Origin: Tubiluchus corallicola
Taxonomy: Eukaryota; Animalia; Priapulida
DNA: 64,000 nucleotides
Reading direction: 5' to 3'
Assembly (NCBI GenBank): GCA_030141605.1
Contig: JAQGDQ010000070.1
Coordinates: forward strand, 434,001 to 498,000
The notes beneath the pieces are model-generated. The model saw only the letters and a list, made by a program, of their open reading frames with translations. It searched no databases and was not told the DNA's origin. Of this stretch, positions 12,255 through 24,815 are shown piece by piece. How positions within the stretch are numbered: position 1 is the stretch's first letter; every line of letters begins with the position of its first letter. A program made the translations under genes and the position numbers.

Positions 12255-13180
12255 CTATGACATGTCACAATGAAGCAAGTCTGTCAAAAAACAAGAAGAG
12301 CAGTCAAGAAAACAACAAAGGCTGTCATCGATTTTTTCTTTCACCATATCATTAAAAGTTTCAATATGTTTAGTAGTATCTGCTTTAGCGAATTTCTCTT
12401 GCAGCGGCGCACATTTCCAGTGTTCGTGAATTGTTTTTTCAGAACGTAGTTCATGTTCCAAATAGTGACTAATGTCCGAGTCAGCAAGAAAATCGTTACT
12501 ACTCTCTTCCAATGCTTTAACAAGTTCATTTTCACTAAGTACTGGCACATCGACAATTGTTTCACCAGCATTAAAATCTCCCACATTACACTTATCCTCG
12601 TCTTCCTTCAGGTATTCTATAATGGACTGTAGTTTGTCGTCACTCAAATCCTTATCAACAGCACTTCTAGCGATTTCAACTTTCTCTATGGATGTGACAG
12701 AATCTAGAACATTGGACAAAGGATCACTATGGCCATTTGCGTCTGCTACTAGTACATCGTGTCCTTGTATTAACTTCTCAACCAGATTGTCATACTTAAT
12801 TTGAAATGTTTTTAAATACTTGTTATGCATAAAAGTACCAATCGCGGAAACCTGTGACTCTTGCGGTAGCGGAATCTTGCCATCTGGTTGACTGATTTTA
12901 GTACTGAAGCTTTTGAGGACTCGCTCTTGCTTTTTAGACATGTGTTCCCAGAATACGTCATTCTCTAGTTCTTGCAGGTATTCCTCATTTGATTGACCTC
13001 GTGTTTGAGTAGCCTTAAGGTACTTCAACTTTCTTCTGTCTGCCTCACGATTAATTGGCTTCAAGAAGGCTTCTTTCTGTTTCTGATTGAAAGCACTGTC
13101 AATTATAAAATGCCAAACACTAGTAAGATGACGCTTCCTTGACGTTTCCACGTGATTCCATTTGGAAAAACGTAAACAAA
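12255..13180 (-). CDS. HMG-box protein, exon 3 (helical/acidic C-terminal region); total ~901 aa
   Basis: Acceptor aatttttgcag| at 13181-13182. Phase 1 matches exon 2 and reads into the 298-aa ORF. Confidence 0.65.
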
Positions 13181-13332
13181 CTGCAAAAATTTAAATAAAT
13201 TTTATTACTGTACTAAATCATGGCAAATTCATTAGACAATCGCGTTTTGCAGCTTTTGATATCCATAAATCGCAATTACCTCTACCGTCAGAAAGTTCAA
13301 ATAACGGAATATTAAACACCAACTAAATGTAT

Positions 13333-13701
13333 ATTCATTAATAGACAGAGATTCGGTGTAATTAATGAAAAAATCAAAAGCAAGGAGGGTCTTGTTGCGA
13401 ATTTTTTCATTTGTATTCAAATCGTGGTCAGGCACACATGAGATGCAGTGAAATGCAAAAAAAAACAAACTCTATAATAAACAAATCTCCAAACGTACAA
13501 AAATGCACTCTCCTGATCATTATCATGGAATACATTTTGTATGTGATAATCTGTTGTTTATCTGCAGAATTTACCTTCTTGAATTCCGTTATGTTTCACT
13601 CCCGCCTGTCGCCGATTTTAATATGAATCAAAAATTTGAATCTAAAATATTTGCATTTGATTTTTCCATTAATTACACTGCATATCAGTTTTTACTGAAT
13701 A
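13333..13701. repeat. Diverged long inverted repeat inside HMG-gene intron 2
   Basis: Arm ~13333-13455 reverse-complements to arm ~13593-13701 (e.g. ttgcttttgattttttcattaattacac vs ttgcatttgatttttccattaattacac). Confidence 0.7.
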
Positions 13702-13810
13702 GCAGAGCCATCTTTATAATATTATTGTGACAAAATCCCACTTGATAAAGCAGCCAATGTTTACTGACAATACGTAAAATTGTAATGTTTATGCTCAAGA
13801 AGCTTCTGAC

Positions 13811-13983
13811 CTTGTCCAGAAGGTGAGGATGCATTCGGTCTGTATCGATGACCATCTCTTGCACGTTCAATGTAAATTCTTTGTTCCGAGTCACACAAAT
13901 TGTTCCACTTTTCTTTCATTTTTGCGATCACTTCGTCTGTACTTGCATCGGGATGCAACTGCTGATAATGCCTGCGATTCTCC
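13811..13983 (-). CDS. HMG-box protein, exon 2 (HMG box core)
   Basis: Acceptor tttatattgtttaag| gives the in-frame join DAFQLWQRENRRHYQQLHPDASTDEVIAKMKEKWNNLCDSEQRIYIERAR, matching the HMG-box consensus (AF.L...E.R......P.....EI.K.....W..L...E...Y.E.A). Donor AAG|gtcaga (phase 1) is less certain. Confidence 0.8.
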
Positions 13984-14077
13984 CTTAAACAATATAAAAA
14001 GCCATAATTGTTACAGGCAAGAAAATCTGCGTAATAAAACGGACATATCAGTTATTGCTATGGCACGCACAACTTAC

Positions 14078-15684
14078 CTTTGCCAAAGCTGAAATGCATC
14101 AACAACAAGTTTAGGTTTTGATGACGCCACGTGATTTGAAAGAGATGGCCTGCAGGTTTCAGTCTTGCTGTTCATTTTACTTGCTGTAGAGATCTTCTTC
14201 TTTTTCGACTTAAGACTGTACTTTCTTGATTTCGGTCGTTTAGCTGTTACGCACTTAGTTTTGGAAAGTTTCTTCCGTTTCAAGAAATCACCTAAACAGG
14301 AGCAAAATTCTTGTCGTGAATCAGTCAGTTGCTTCACATCATTGCGCTGAGCCATTTCTCCCTCTGTGACAGTTTCGGAGTTTACAAGTTTCTTAGCACA
14401 CTGCTGTGAATTTCTGCTTTCAGTTTCTGATTCAACTTTTGGGGAATCAGGTTTGAGTAGTTTGTGAGAAGATGACATGCTTTGATTTAATAGCGACGGT
14501 GTTGAGTTCTCATTACCCGATGAATTCGCTGCAGAAGTCTTGTTATCCATGTTAACAGATGCGGTGGATGTATCAGTTTCGAGTGCTTGAATATGTGCTA
14601 CCGATTTGTGGCTTGATAAACTTTGGTTTGGAAAAGCCGCTGCAAACTTGTCGAAAATGTTTTCGTGTGCTTTTGCACAAGGATTCTTTGTATCACTTGC
14701 TGATGATGTGCTTCTCCAAATTTTTGAAGGTATGTGACCAGAAGTAGAATCACATTCGCTGGAGGAACAGTTACTTTTGTTGACATTTTCTATAAGAATT
14801 GTCGGTGTTGATTTTATTTGAGCTTTTGCAGTTTTCCTGCTTTCCAACTGTTTGACTTTCTTGCTTTTCTTGTGACTGCTTGATTCATTTATGGAAACAT
14901 GATTGAGAAAAGCTGCAGTTGCTATTGATGATACTTGTTTAACCTCAGACACTTTCAACTTTCTCCTTGTGAAGGAAATGTCAGATTTGATTTTCTTTTT
15001 GGAAATTGGTGTTTTGTTCTGACACGATGTTATTGACAATGACAAACACCCGTCCCCTGACATGAGGTTCACTCGACATCTCTTAGTACTAGGTTGATTT
15101 GGAATAATAGGTGAACATGTTTCTTCAGAGTTTGGCATATTTACTGATTCATCTTTGCGATCTAGTTTGTCTATTTGCAGTTCTGATTTTAACTCATTTA
15201 AATAAACGTTTTTACTTGAGAAAGTTTCTAACCAAGTTTCGCGATCAGTGCATTTGTCTTGTTTCTTGAAAGCACCGTTCAAATTATCAGCCGACTTGTT
15301 TGGTGGTTTACAAGCAGAGAATTCCTTACGTATTCCAACACTTCGTAAACAGTAACTGACCGTAGAAGATCTCAAGTTAGTACATTTTGTTACTTTCTCT
15401 TTCTGCAGCAGAGCGGCAGCATGCTCTGTTTTTGCTGAAATTTTCGTACCTGCCATACAGTCTCTTTCCTTTGTTGCCGCTGTGCCCTCTACACTATTTG
15501 CGCTATTATTATGAACGTCAGTAACGTTTCTGCTTTTGCTGTGTGTGGAACGGTTTGTCTTGAGCAGCTTCTTCGCGCGACCTGTCTTAAGTTGCTTCTT
15601 TTTAGTAAGGTTACTTTGTTTCAGACATCTTGTTATTTTCTTGCGCTTTGATTTCGTTTTCTCAGCTGTTGTGCTTTTAGCCAT
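14078..15684 (-). CDS. HMG-box protein, exon 1 (Lys/Ser-rich disordered region plus start of the HMG box)
   Basis: ATG at 15684, 535 codons open, ending PKLVVDAFQLWQ-AG|gtaagt (phase 2). Confidence 0.75.
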
Positions 15685-17831
15685 TTTTGCTGTTGTGATC
15701 TAGATACGTTCGGCGCGAACTTTTCTATTGTAGAACATTTTTGGTGTCACAATAATACATAAAAGTATTGTTACGCTAGCAGAAAACACTAAATTTTGTC
15801 ATGGAGACCAAATGTTATTTTATAGTGTGCCAATGAAGTACGTACCGATATGTCACCGCATTTATTCCATATAAGGGTATGAAAGAGCTGTAGCCGAATA
15901 TTAACACTTTCTTGTCCACTAATTTCAAAGTTCTTACTCGCCGTACCGAAAATTTGCCTTTGGATATACTAATTAAATTTATGCACAAAATAAGAATGCG
16001 TAGTTTGTCGAAAGCATGGCGGCTCGAGTATCCTTAATATATGTAATACATTGTTTATTGACGAGCATTTGCGAGAGGACCCTTTGCAGATATTTATCAT
16101 CCAGGTCCTTATTTCTTTGGATAAGGTATTTTTTGGATAAAGTACTCCTTTTCAGGTTTAAACGTTAATCCACGAATAAATTTGCAGTTGTGGCAGTGTT
16201 TTATGTTGTGGTAGTGTATCATGTTTTACCAATAGGATTAATTGTAAAATAAATGGAGACTTAACTAAGCTGCAGTTGACAGAAATATTACGTGTATTTT
16301 ATAATGTATGTAGTACGTATATGAAAAATTGTGAGTTTATCAAATGGGTGCAACAATCCCTGATTTATCCGATTATTGTTAATATTTTATGTTGTTACAT
16401 CATGTTATGGATGCCCGGTGCTGGGTTACAGTTGACAAATGCATAAGCGTACGAACGTTTGGTGTTCTTGAAAAATTGTGTATTAGTTTATATTCGTGAC
16501 ATATTTTAGCTTTAAAGAGTGGGTTCCCTGTCCTTTTAACTGTCGATTTTCACTGTTCCTCACGTCTTGTCAACTCTAGTAGGCGCATGAACAAATCTTG
16601 CTTTTGTTGTTCATTATTTTGACCAATGTTTGTGAATCGATTCAGCCTTTCCACTTAAAGGACAAGAAAAGGAGCACCTGAAGTAGATTTCAGAAAAATC
16701 ACCTTAAAAATTATACTACTTTACAGCAATTTTATGCACATATCGTATTCGCGTCGAAAGGAATTTTCGTTTGTTTTCATTTAAATCTCCCGCAATACTG
16801 TTCCGACGGCACCATTACGAGACGTCACTACGCCACATAAATCAGGGGAAGAAAAGGCAATGTTAAATTACGTCCCAAAGAACTTTGCGTGCAATCTATA
16901 TTACTTAGCATTTCACTTACCTGCTGGAAAAACTTATCTAACTAGACCAATAATTTAAAATGTTTGTGCCAATTGGTAAAATGTCGCTGACTCACCCTCC
17001 ACGGTGCGCCACTCACTAGCCAAAACGTATTTTTAATCTTATTGACAAGGTACAGTAATTTAAAATTTTACTTACTTACCAACATGCATGTTACGAATGC
17101 TCTTAATGTTACTCAATGTTACCAAACTTAATATTGTCAAAATTTGTTTCAAACGATCTACCATTAAAATGGCTGCGCCTAACGGTCAACGCGGGAATTT
17201 AAATTTACCCGTTTTATACAGCGTTACGGCTGATGTAAGCCATGCATACGAAAATATAATATGTAAGTGGTATAAAATTTTGAGACGAATTTTTTAAGCT
17301 TTGTGTAAGTGGAAGGTTTTCTTGTGCTTTACTAAAGCTTCAGTATTATTCGTCTAGATACAACGCAACGCGATCAATACGTGCACTAATTAAAAGTGTG
17401 ACAATAAAAATGTCTCTAAGATCGCTACATAACATCTGCAGATCACTACATTTAGCGATTATTCCATAATAGTTACAAAGTAACTATAATCAATTTTTAT
17501 TTCAAACTTATTTTTATTATAAAAACAACAACGTGTGTAGTCAAAATTATAACAATATCAACATCAACAATCTCAAACAGGCCACAATTCTACAACACGA
17601 CTGAATGAGCGACTAAAAAGTTGTCGAGAGAGATGACTACTAAGTCGGATATCTATGGTTAAACGTGCAAAAGACTCACAGGTGAATGCTCAGCAGTGCC
17701 AATGTAGGAAACATTATTAGGCATAGTGCTGCTAGAAGAGCACCAAGCACGAAAAGTTGGAAGTACGTTGGTGATCTCAATGAATGAAGAACTGGAAATA
17801 AATATCACAGAGCGTTTCATGAGAGTGCATT

Positions 17832-18118
17832 TTAATGGTACTTGCTACCATAGTAACCACCTCCTCCTCCTTTGTTACCATGGAAGAAACCGCCATCGTA
17901 GGTGCCATGACTGCCATGGCTACCGTAATCGCCGTGTTGACCGTGACTTCCGTATCCGTGAGCTCCATAGCCGGAGTCGTGTCCGTGTGCGCCGTGGCTT
18001 CCACCGTGTCCATATGCCGCTCCGTGTGAGTAGCCGTGTGCATACCCTGCACTGCGTGCATATTCGTCTTCATGTCCAGTGCCAAAACCGTCTCCATAAT
18101 GACTACCAAATCCATAAT
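17832..18118 (-). CDS. Secreted Gly/His/Tyr-rich protein, coding exon 3; total 179 aa
   Basis: Acceptor ttttttatag|, phase 1. Reads DYGFGSHYGDGFG...GSHGSHGTYDGGFFHGNKGGGGGYYGSKYH*. Confidence 0.85.
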
Positions 18119-18592
18119 CTATAAAAAATAGCAAAACAACATAAAAACCTCTAGTAAAAACTACAGCTAAATAAAATTTTGAACTTTTAAACAAAAAATC
18201 CCAAGTTCCGAAAGAAAATAAAAAAGAAAATGAATGAAAAAAACAAAAAACACGATGTTTCATCCCACCACTAATTTTTTGCTCATCAAAAGAATTAGTT
18301 GTTAGTCATCTTTTGCATGCTCAATTTTCTTCTTTTATCTGAAGATAATCCATAGTAGTTGTCTGAATTTTTCTCTTTCCTTTCGTTTTCTTTTCTTTTC
18401 TTTCCTTTCCTTCCCTAACAATGTCCTCTCTCCTTTTCTTTATTGTTGTATTTTTGGTTATTATTTAAATTAATTCTTGTCTTTAAAAATCATCCAAAAG
18501 TTTTTTGGAATTATTGACACTCAAAATGTACGGCCATTTTCTTTAACTTTTAATGGACTACCTAACCCATATTCCATGATCTATGATCTTAC

Positions 18593-18802
18593 CTGATCCG
18601 TACTTTCCATGTCCGGAATGGTGTCCATGTGCACTGTTCCCATGCGATCCATAGGAGTCGTGAGATCCATGTGAACCATAAGAATCATGGGAGCTGAAAG
18701 GTCCCTTGCCACCGTAGCTCGCAAAGTGTGGAGCCTTGAATGATCCACCATGGAATGATGGTTGATAATGATTCTTTCCATAGCCAAACGCCAGTGCGCT
18801 TG
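18593..18802 (-). CDS. Secreted Gly/His/Tyr-rich protein, coding exon 2
   Basis: Acceptor ttagtgtgcag|, phase 1. Reads ASALA-FGYGKNHYQPSFHGGSFKAPHFASYGGKGPFSSHDSYGSHGSHDSYGSHGNSAHGHHSGHGKYGS; donor G|gtaaga. Confidence 0.85.
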
Positions 18803-19126
18803 CTGCACACTAAATAAATTATTTTTTTGGATTCAATACAGTGGATATCTAGGCACGTACATGTATCTATGTGTAGGCCTATATAAATTGTACCATTTCT
18901 TTAGCCTTACCAGAAAGGAGCTATAGCTTGGGTAAACATTACTTTATATAAAAAGCTCATTCTCCAGCTTGGTTTCATAAAAAAGGCTTAAAAGCTTTGT
19001 ATTATTGGACAATTGTATATGGACCAATGTTAAAAAAAGGCTCGATTTATTAATTGCCTACTTTTGGACCTGCAACATGCTGGCTTACAAAAGTTGGCGT
19101 ACTTAAATATTAAGTAATTAATTAAA

Positions 19127-19371
19127 CTGAACAATATTTAGCAAATTCACCCACACTTGTCAATGTCAAAAGAAAGAACAGGGCCCTAAGTAGCAAAATT
19201 GTATTGCACCCATTAGTATAACTGATCAGTTATACTGTGATATTTGTGTTTGTTTGTTTATAACTTATAAGTGATCAGTTGTACTCATGGGTAGCAATGC
19301 AAATTTGTTACTTAGGGTCCTACTTTCTTTCCACATTGACAAGTGTGAGTGAATTTGCAAAATATTATCAG
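19127..19371. mobile_element. Foldback MITE-like element in the intron after coding exon 1 of the His-rich gene
   Basis: ~100-bp arms: gcaaattcacccacacttgtcaatgt...ccctaagtagcaaaattgtattgc vs gcaatgcaaatttgttacttagggtc...acattgacaagtgtgagtgaatttgc. Confidence 0.75.
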
Positions 19372-19462
19372 ATATAAAAAATGTGGTGGAAAATCCAGGT
19401 TTACCAGACTGGTGTTAAGCACATATGATTGTACTAAAAGTGATTTAGAACTTATAATGTAC

Positions 19463-19505
19463 CTACAGCAAGCAGCACACTGACTCCAAGTAACAGCTCC
19501 TTCAT
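19463..19505 (-). CDS. Secreted Gly/His/Tyr-rich protein, coding exon 1 (signal peptide)
   Basis: Acceptor tttagcag|gttgaagATG; encodes MKELLLGVSVLLAV; donor G|gtacat, phase 1. Confidence 0.8.
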
Positions 19506-20436
19506 CTTCAACCTGCTAAAGATTAAATAATCATTTACTACATTACGTCTTAAGTTTTATACTATTTAATAAAAAAATGTCTGGCAGAGTGTAATATGTG
19601 GCAACTTGTAATGGAATATCAGCGATTTTGCTGCAATGCCTTCTTTTTATAAAGGGAGGATTTTTTTTAAATGAAAGACGTTAAGACGATATTCTGAAAC
19701 AAATAAACAATGCACTAAAAGAAGAGACAAGCTATGTTGAGTGACATGAACAATGTGTAGAGAAATAACACTGATTGGTAGGAACAGTGTAAAGAGAGCC
19801 ATGATGAAGGCGTAAATGCCTGACATGAAGGGAGTCAAAAAGAACAATGTTCATTAGCATAAACATTGTGAAGAAGATCACTGATGGCTGAGTTAGCAGC
19901 GTAAAAATAAACCACGTTAAGTGCCATGAACAACGAAAAGAAAACTATGTTGATCAGCACAGTCAGCAGAAGTAAGAGACAGTCTACAAACTAGAAAATG
20001 TTCAGTAACCAGAATACAATACTGTTTTTTTTTCGTATAAACAAAGTAAGAAAATAAATTCATGATTAAGTCATTATAACAGTGCGTGCGAGAAAGATGT
20101 TTCTATCAAATTCAGCGAATCACGATCCCTAAGATGAAGACTAGTCAAGAAAAACATATTGACATCAGGTTTCGTGAATAAAGAAGCGATGGTTAGGCTA
20201 ATGATTGTCATGAACATCACGAAAAACTAACGACAAAAAGCTTTTACAAGTCCATATATCTCTCGATTTCAGGCTTTTTCGAAACCACAGACCACCAACT
20301 TTCAACTTCCAACGTCACAGAAAATAAACTCGCTTTAGAGAAACTTTTATGTTGATCACGTCCCTTGATATTACACGATCGTTAAGCAGTTTTTCAAATT
20401 TCCAACATCAAGACACTAACACACATGCATACTAAC

Positions 20437-20549
20437 CTTATTACTAATATCACAGTCACCTTTCAGACTCTCCTCCTAACAACATTAGCTATTATATCCC
20501 TTTAGCGTCCCTGTGACCTGGTGGATAATACTCAATTGTTTTTTTATAA
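20437..20549 (-). promoter_or_regulatory. Possible TATA box and non-coding first exon of the His-rich gene
   Basis: Minus-strand TATAAAA at 20542-20548 and a donor-like aag|gttagt near 20437. Coding exon 1 has its own acceptor, so an upstream UTR exon is expected. Confidence 0.3.
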
Positions 20550-22069
20550 CATAAATGGGTCAGCGGCCATTTTAGCTGCAGCCAACAATAGATCGATTCC
20601 GCTGAAATTAGTTTGCTTAAATTAAGCATTTTGCTGATATTAACACTGAAACGATCATGGCGCAAGCAGACTTGGACGAACGTTCATTTTGCTTGAGGAC
20701 TTATCTAAGTCGACTCATTTTAACACATGAAATCTCTACTTTAATACCTCAAACCAATTATTAAAAACAATAACGAAAACTTATAAACTTAAAGGTTTCA
20801 ATTTTAATTATTCATATTTCAGCTCGATTTGAGTGTTGTATTGATATTGTGTTCTACTTTTCTAGAAGTTTTTATTTGTTTCAGTTAAAATTAACATTGA
20901 GTTTCCTTTGCAGATGAAATGTGAACACCTCCCAACACGACCGTAAAAACGGCAACGCGTTCACTCGATAAAATATGAATACAGCCTTATGTGCACAACT
21001 ATTAACGGGCAACTTGGCAAAGACCGGCAGTTGTCGTAATCTGTAGGTGTCCTGACAATCCATGTAAATTGGCTGTGGTTATCGCCGTTCTTGCGTCATA
21101 TGTATCCATCAATCCCTCCAATTTTTCTTTTCCGCTGTCTGACGAAATTAAACGAAATTCGCTTGATTTCACAAGTGGTGGCCAAGCAAAAAATTCTTCA
21201 GTTTCAACTTATCCTAACTTCATCAAACAATCTCTTTGTTGAGAACCGTTACTACTAACTATTTTAGTTTTTAACAAACGCGTGATTAAATCCAACTTTA
21301 ATTTTTGAATAGGCTAGTAGGAGGGTTACATTTTCATTGTTTCAAATGCCAACAATGAAAAATTTCGTTTTTTATTCCGTCCCGTCTTACGGAGACACAG
21401 TCTGGCGAATTTTCTGCAAATTCCCCAAATCGGTACACGGATAATCCTAGGAATTCCCATGCTCTTGTAAAATATTTGTTTACATTTTGCCTTTCACTCA
21501 AAAGCTGTCTGTGACCCAGATGCGCTAATTATCTTTTGATTAATAGTAATTGAACAGTATCTGCACTTTAATAGGTTTACTGTATTAATCTGTTTGCCAA
21601 AATATAAGTAGCTGTGGTTGTGAGTAAACTTTATTCTCAAGGTTATCACAGACAAGACACGTTTCGTAATTAGCCCATAAACCAGGACCAGGTAAAGTAC
21701 TTCTTGTATAAAAGTAATGCATTATTCCATTTACCATGCGCTTTGCAGCATGAAGCGTTAAAAAATTTAAGGGCAAGTTATGGCGCTTTTACAACCGATT
21801 TTAAAACTGTTTCCGTAGGCCACTACTAGACCACAAAATTTTGCTTTCGAACAATAAGGACCCTCTGGGCTTTTTGCAGGAGCCCCCAAAAGTATAGCTA
21901 CGCCACTGCCGTTGTAAAATTAAGTAGGGTTCATTATGTAAATTACATGTACTTCAGTCGCAACCTCTTTGAAATAGGACGTATCATCTATGAACTAGAA
22001 AAGGTGCTCAAAACAAGTTATTTTTCAGATTTATTTTCAATATGCTTCAGGCTGCCAACTCGGTAGAGG

Positions 22070-22265
22070 AATAATAAACTTTTTGCCAATAATTGCGCAA
22101 TGCTCAATATCTCAAAAGTTTCTCTTGCGAACAGTGTTATCAATGTAACTCTATTCGCAATGATAACAATAAACTTTTTACCAATAATTGCGCAATGCTC
22201 AATATCTCAAAAGTTTCTCTTGCGAACTGTGTTACCAATGTAACTCTATTCGCAATGATAACAAT
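22070..22265. repeat. Tandem duplication, 95-bp unit x2
   Basis: ttgcgcaatgctcaatatctcaaaagtttctcttgcgaa... occurs at 22093 and 22188. Confidence 0.9.
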
Positions 22266-23489
22266 ATTGTTTACAGAATTACAACCTCCATCATGAGGTT
22301 TCCTTTTAATTTATATCTGACGTTTGCGTACAGAGCGATGATTGTCATCTTAGACTCTTATGAAGCTTAACGATTAGGTTCTGAGTATCGCACGAAATAA
22401 AATCTGCAGTAAGTAAAATAATATATATTTACATTTATATATTTAATATTTATTCGCAAATTTTTGTGCACAAACACAAAAAATAACATACATTTGTATG
22501 TTATATTTTATCTTTTGTATTATTAGGCCTAAGTACTGAAAGCATATGTTTTAACTAAGACTTGCAGATTTAATTAGACCTGCGCAAAAACGTTGATTAT
22601 TTATCTTAAAAATGGCAAATTCTACGGTTTATTTATTACAAAAACGGTAAATTTCACGGTAATTTCTCTCCAATTTCTGCTACTATTGGTCGTATAATGT
22701 AAGAAACTGTGTCAGAAACGCTTAGATTTATACAAATTTCACTTTTACAATGGCTACTTTTGTGCTCAGCTGTTTAATAGAAAAACAAAATGATTGGTCA
22801 ACAATTATGGGTCTATATGCTCTTCGCTGATTGCTTTCTCATTCATGAGTGCATAGATGAGACACTATATAAAATAAACATAGTGTAAAAAAATCACCGT
22901 TACCACTCATTATATATCAATGGCTATCAGAAGTAGCTAGTTTTTTGTTTGTTATTTTATTGACTATATTTCTACATAATTCTAGACTAATACATTGTAA
23001 CATTGGGTAACTAGACAAATAACTATAGTCCACAAGGATATTATCAAAATGTCACATCGAGAACAGACAAAGATAAAATGATTGCAATGTGCTATATAGT
23101 TAAGTAAACCAAACCAATGTCAATACATTACTGTCATAAAATACAATGCTAAACATAACAAGCCAGAGAATAAACTCCACTGAAAGATAAATTTTTGCTT
23201 GATGAAAGTCATTTTACCTGCATACCATAAATACTTATTGTAGCTATACACTCTTGACAACTGCATAAAGTAGCAATATTTGGTCTTTACAATGAAATGC
23301 AGGATTGGAAAATTATACATGAGTCAAAGAACTAAATCGCTGTTTATGTTTTTCATACGTTTTATGGTTTCTTTCACAAACGGCGTGTTGTTTAAAGGTT
23401 AGCAGGTAAACAATTAATTATTTTTACATTTCTAGGCTACATTTTAGTCTACAAACAGTCACATTTTTAGGCTAACTCAGTTCTCTATA

Positions 23490-24473
23490 CGATATTATTG
23501 AAAACATCTTCCTATGGTTGGCGGTTTTGCTGATGATCATCAACTTTATTTGGCCTTTAAGCTGTCAACATCTCAAGCTCAGAATGATGCTATTCAAGCC
23601 ATGGAGCAGTGCATCAATGATGTTCGAGCATGGATGCTTGCTCATTGTTTAAAAATCAATGATGAAAAAACTGAAATTATCGTGATTGGTACCACACATC
23701 AGCTAGAAAACTTTCTGAAGTTATAGTAAAACTAGGGAATTCTGAAATAGTACCTGCACACCAAGTATGTAATTTAGAGGTAGTGAGTTTTCACATCAAT
23801 AATGTTTGTGTGAAAAGGCTAACAAGGATTAATTCGCAAGTACCTAGAAAGTTTTACTGTTTCTCTGATTCATTCCTTATAAGTTCGACTCTGACCTACT
23901 GTAATGCATTGCTGTTCAATGTTTCAAAAAATTCTATATACAAATTACAAAAAAACCAAAATTGTCCTGCTTGAGTGATCGTGTATTTGCGCAAGTATGA
24001 TCACATAACTCCAACATTACGGGCCCTACACTGGTTTCAGTGCAATCTAGAATTAAATTCAAAATTGCTGTGCTGGCATTTAAATGTTTACATGGTCAAG
24101 CCCCGTGCTATCTTGCAGAACTAATTAGCGTTTACACCCCATCCAGAAACTTAAGAACCGGCAATAAAAATCTGCTTCTTTTTGCCTGGAACAAAAACTT
24201 TAGGTACGTGTGCTTTTTCCCATGCCGCTCCAACTGTTTGGAACGGCCTTCCACTGAATATTAAAATCTGCGATAATATAACTACATTTAAAAAATTGCT
24301 CAAAACAGATCTTTTTAAATTAGAATATGGAAATTGAATTAGATTTTAATTTTGCCTGCTAACTAGATTTTATATTGATATTTTAACTTTTAGAGCTATT
24401 TCTTTATAGTGTGTATAGTTTTATGATTTATTTTAGACTTGGTAAGATCTTTGGTGCGCTATATAAATTTTAT
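23490..24473 (+). mobile_element. 5'-truncated, decayed L2/Crack-type LINE (RT C-terminus and 3' UTR)
   Basis: FADDHQLY, CINDVRAWM..CLKINDEKTEII, YCNALL, KLQKNQN, YDHITPTLRALHW, RIKFKIAVLAFKCLHGQAPCYL, AAPTVWNGLP, broken by frameshifts; ends directly in a (TAA)n tail. Confidence 0.85.
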
Positions 24474-24573
<100 letters not shown>

Positions 24574-24709
24574 GTCATATTTCTTTGTAGTTTTTTTCCA
24601 AGAGAACTGCAGCTTCTGCATGGAGCTTTAAATCCAGCATCGTCCAACCATGAATAATTTAAAAAATGTTTTCGCTGTATTCCCAGCGTGATGGCAACCT
24701 AAGACTTTT

Positions 24710-24815
24710 TTCATTTGTCCATTCATTCACTCATTCGTCTATTCATTCATTCATTTCTTCATTCATTCATTCACTCGTTTATTCATTTATTCGTTCATTC
24801 ACTCACTCATTCTCA
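24710..24815. repeat. Degenerate (TCAT)n microsatellite
   Basis: attcattcactcattcgtctattcattcattcatt... Confidence 0.85.

Noticed and set aside
17726-18808. Overlapping ORFs (132, 112, 64 and 75 aa) and the hydrophobic N-terminus of the 143-aa ORF
   Set aside because: Alternative frames, antisense or intronic sequence of the Gly/His-rich gene.
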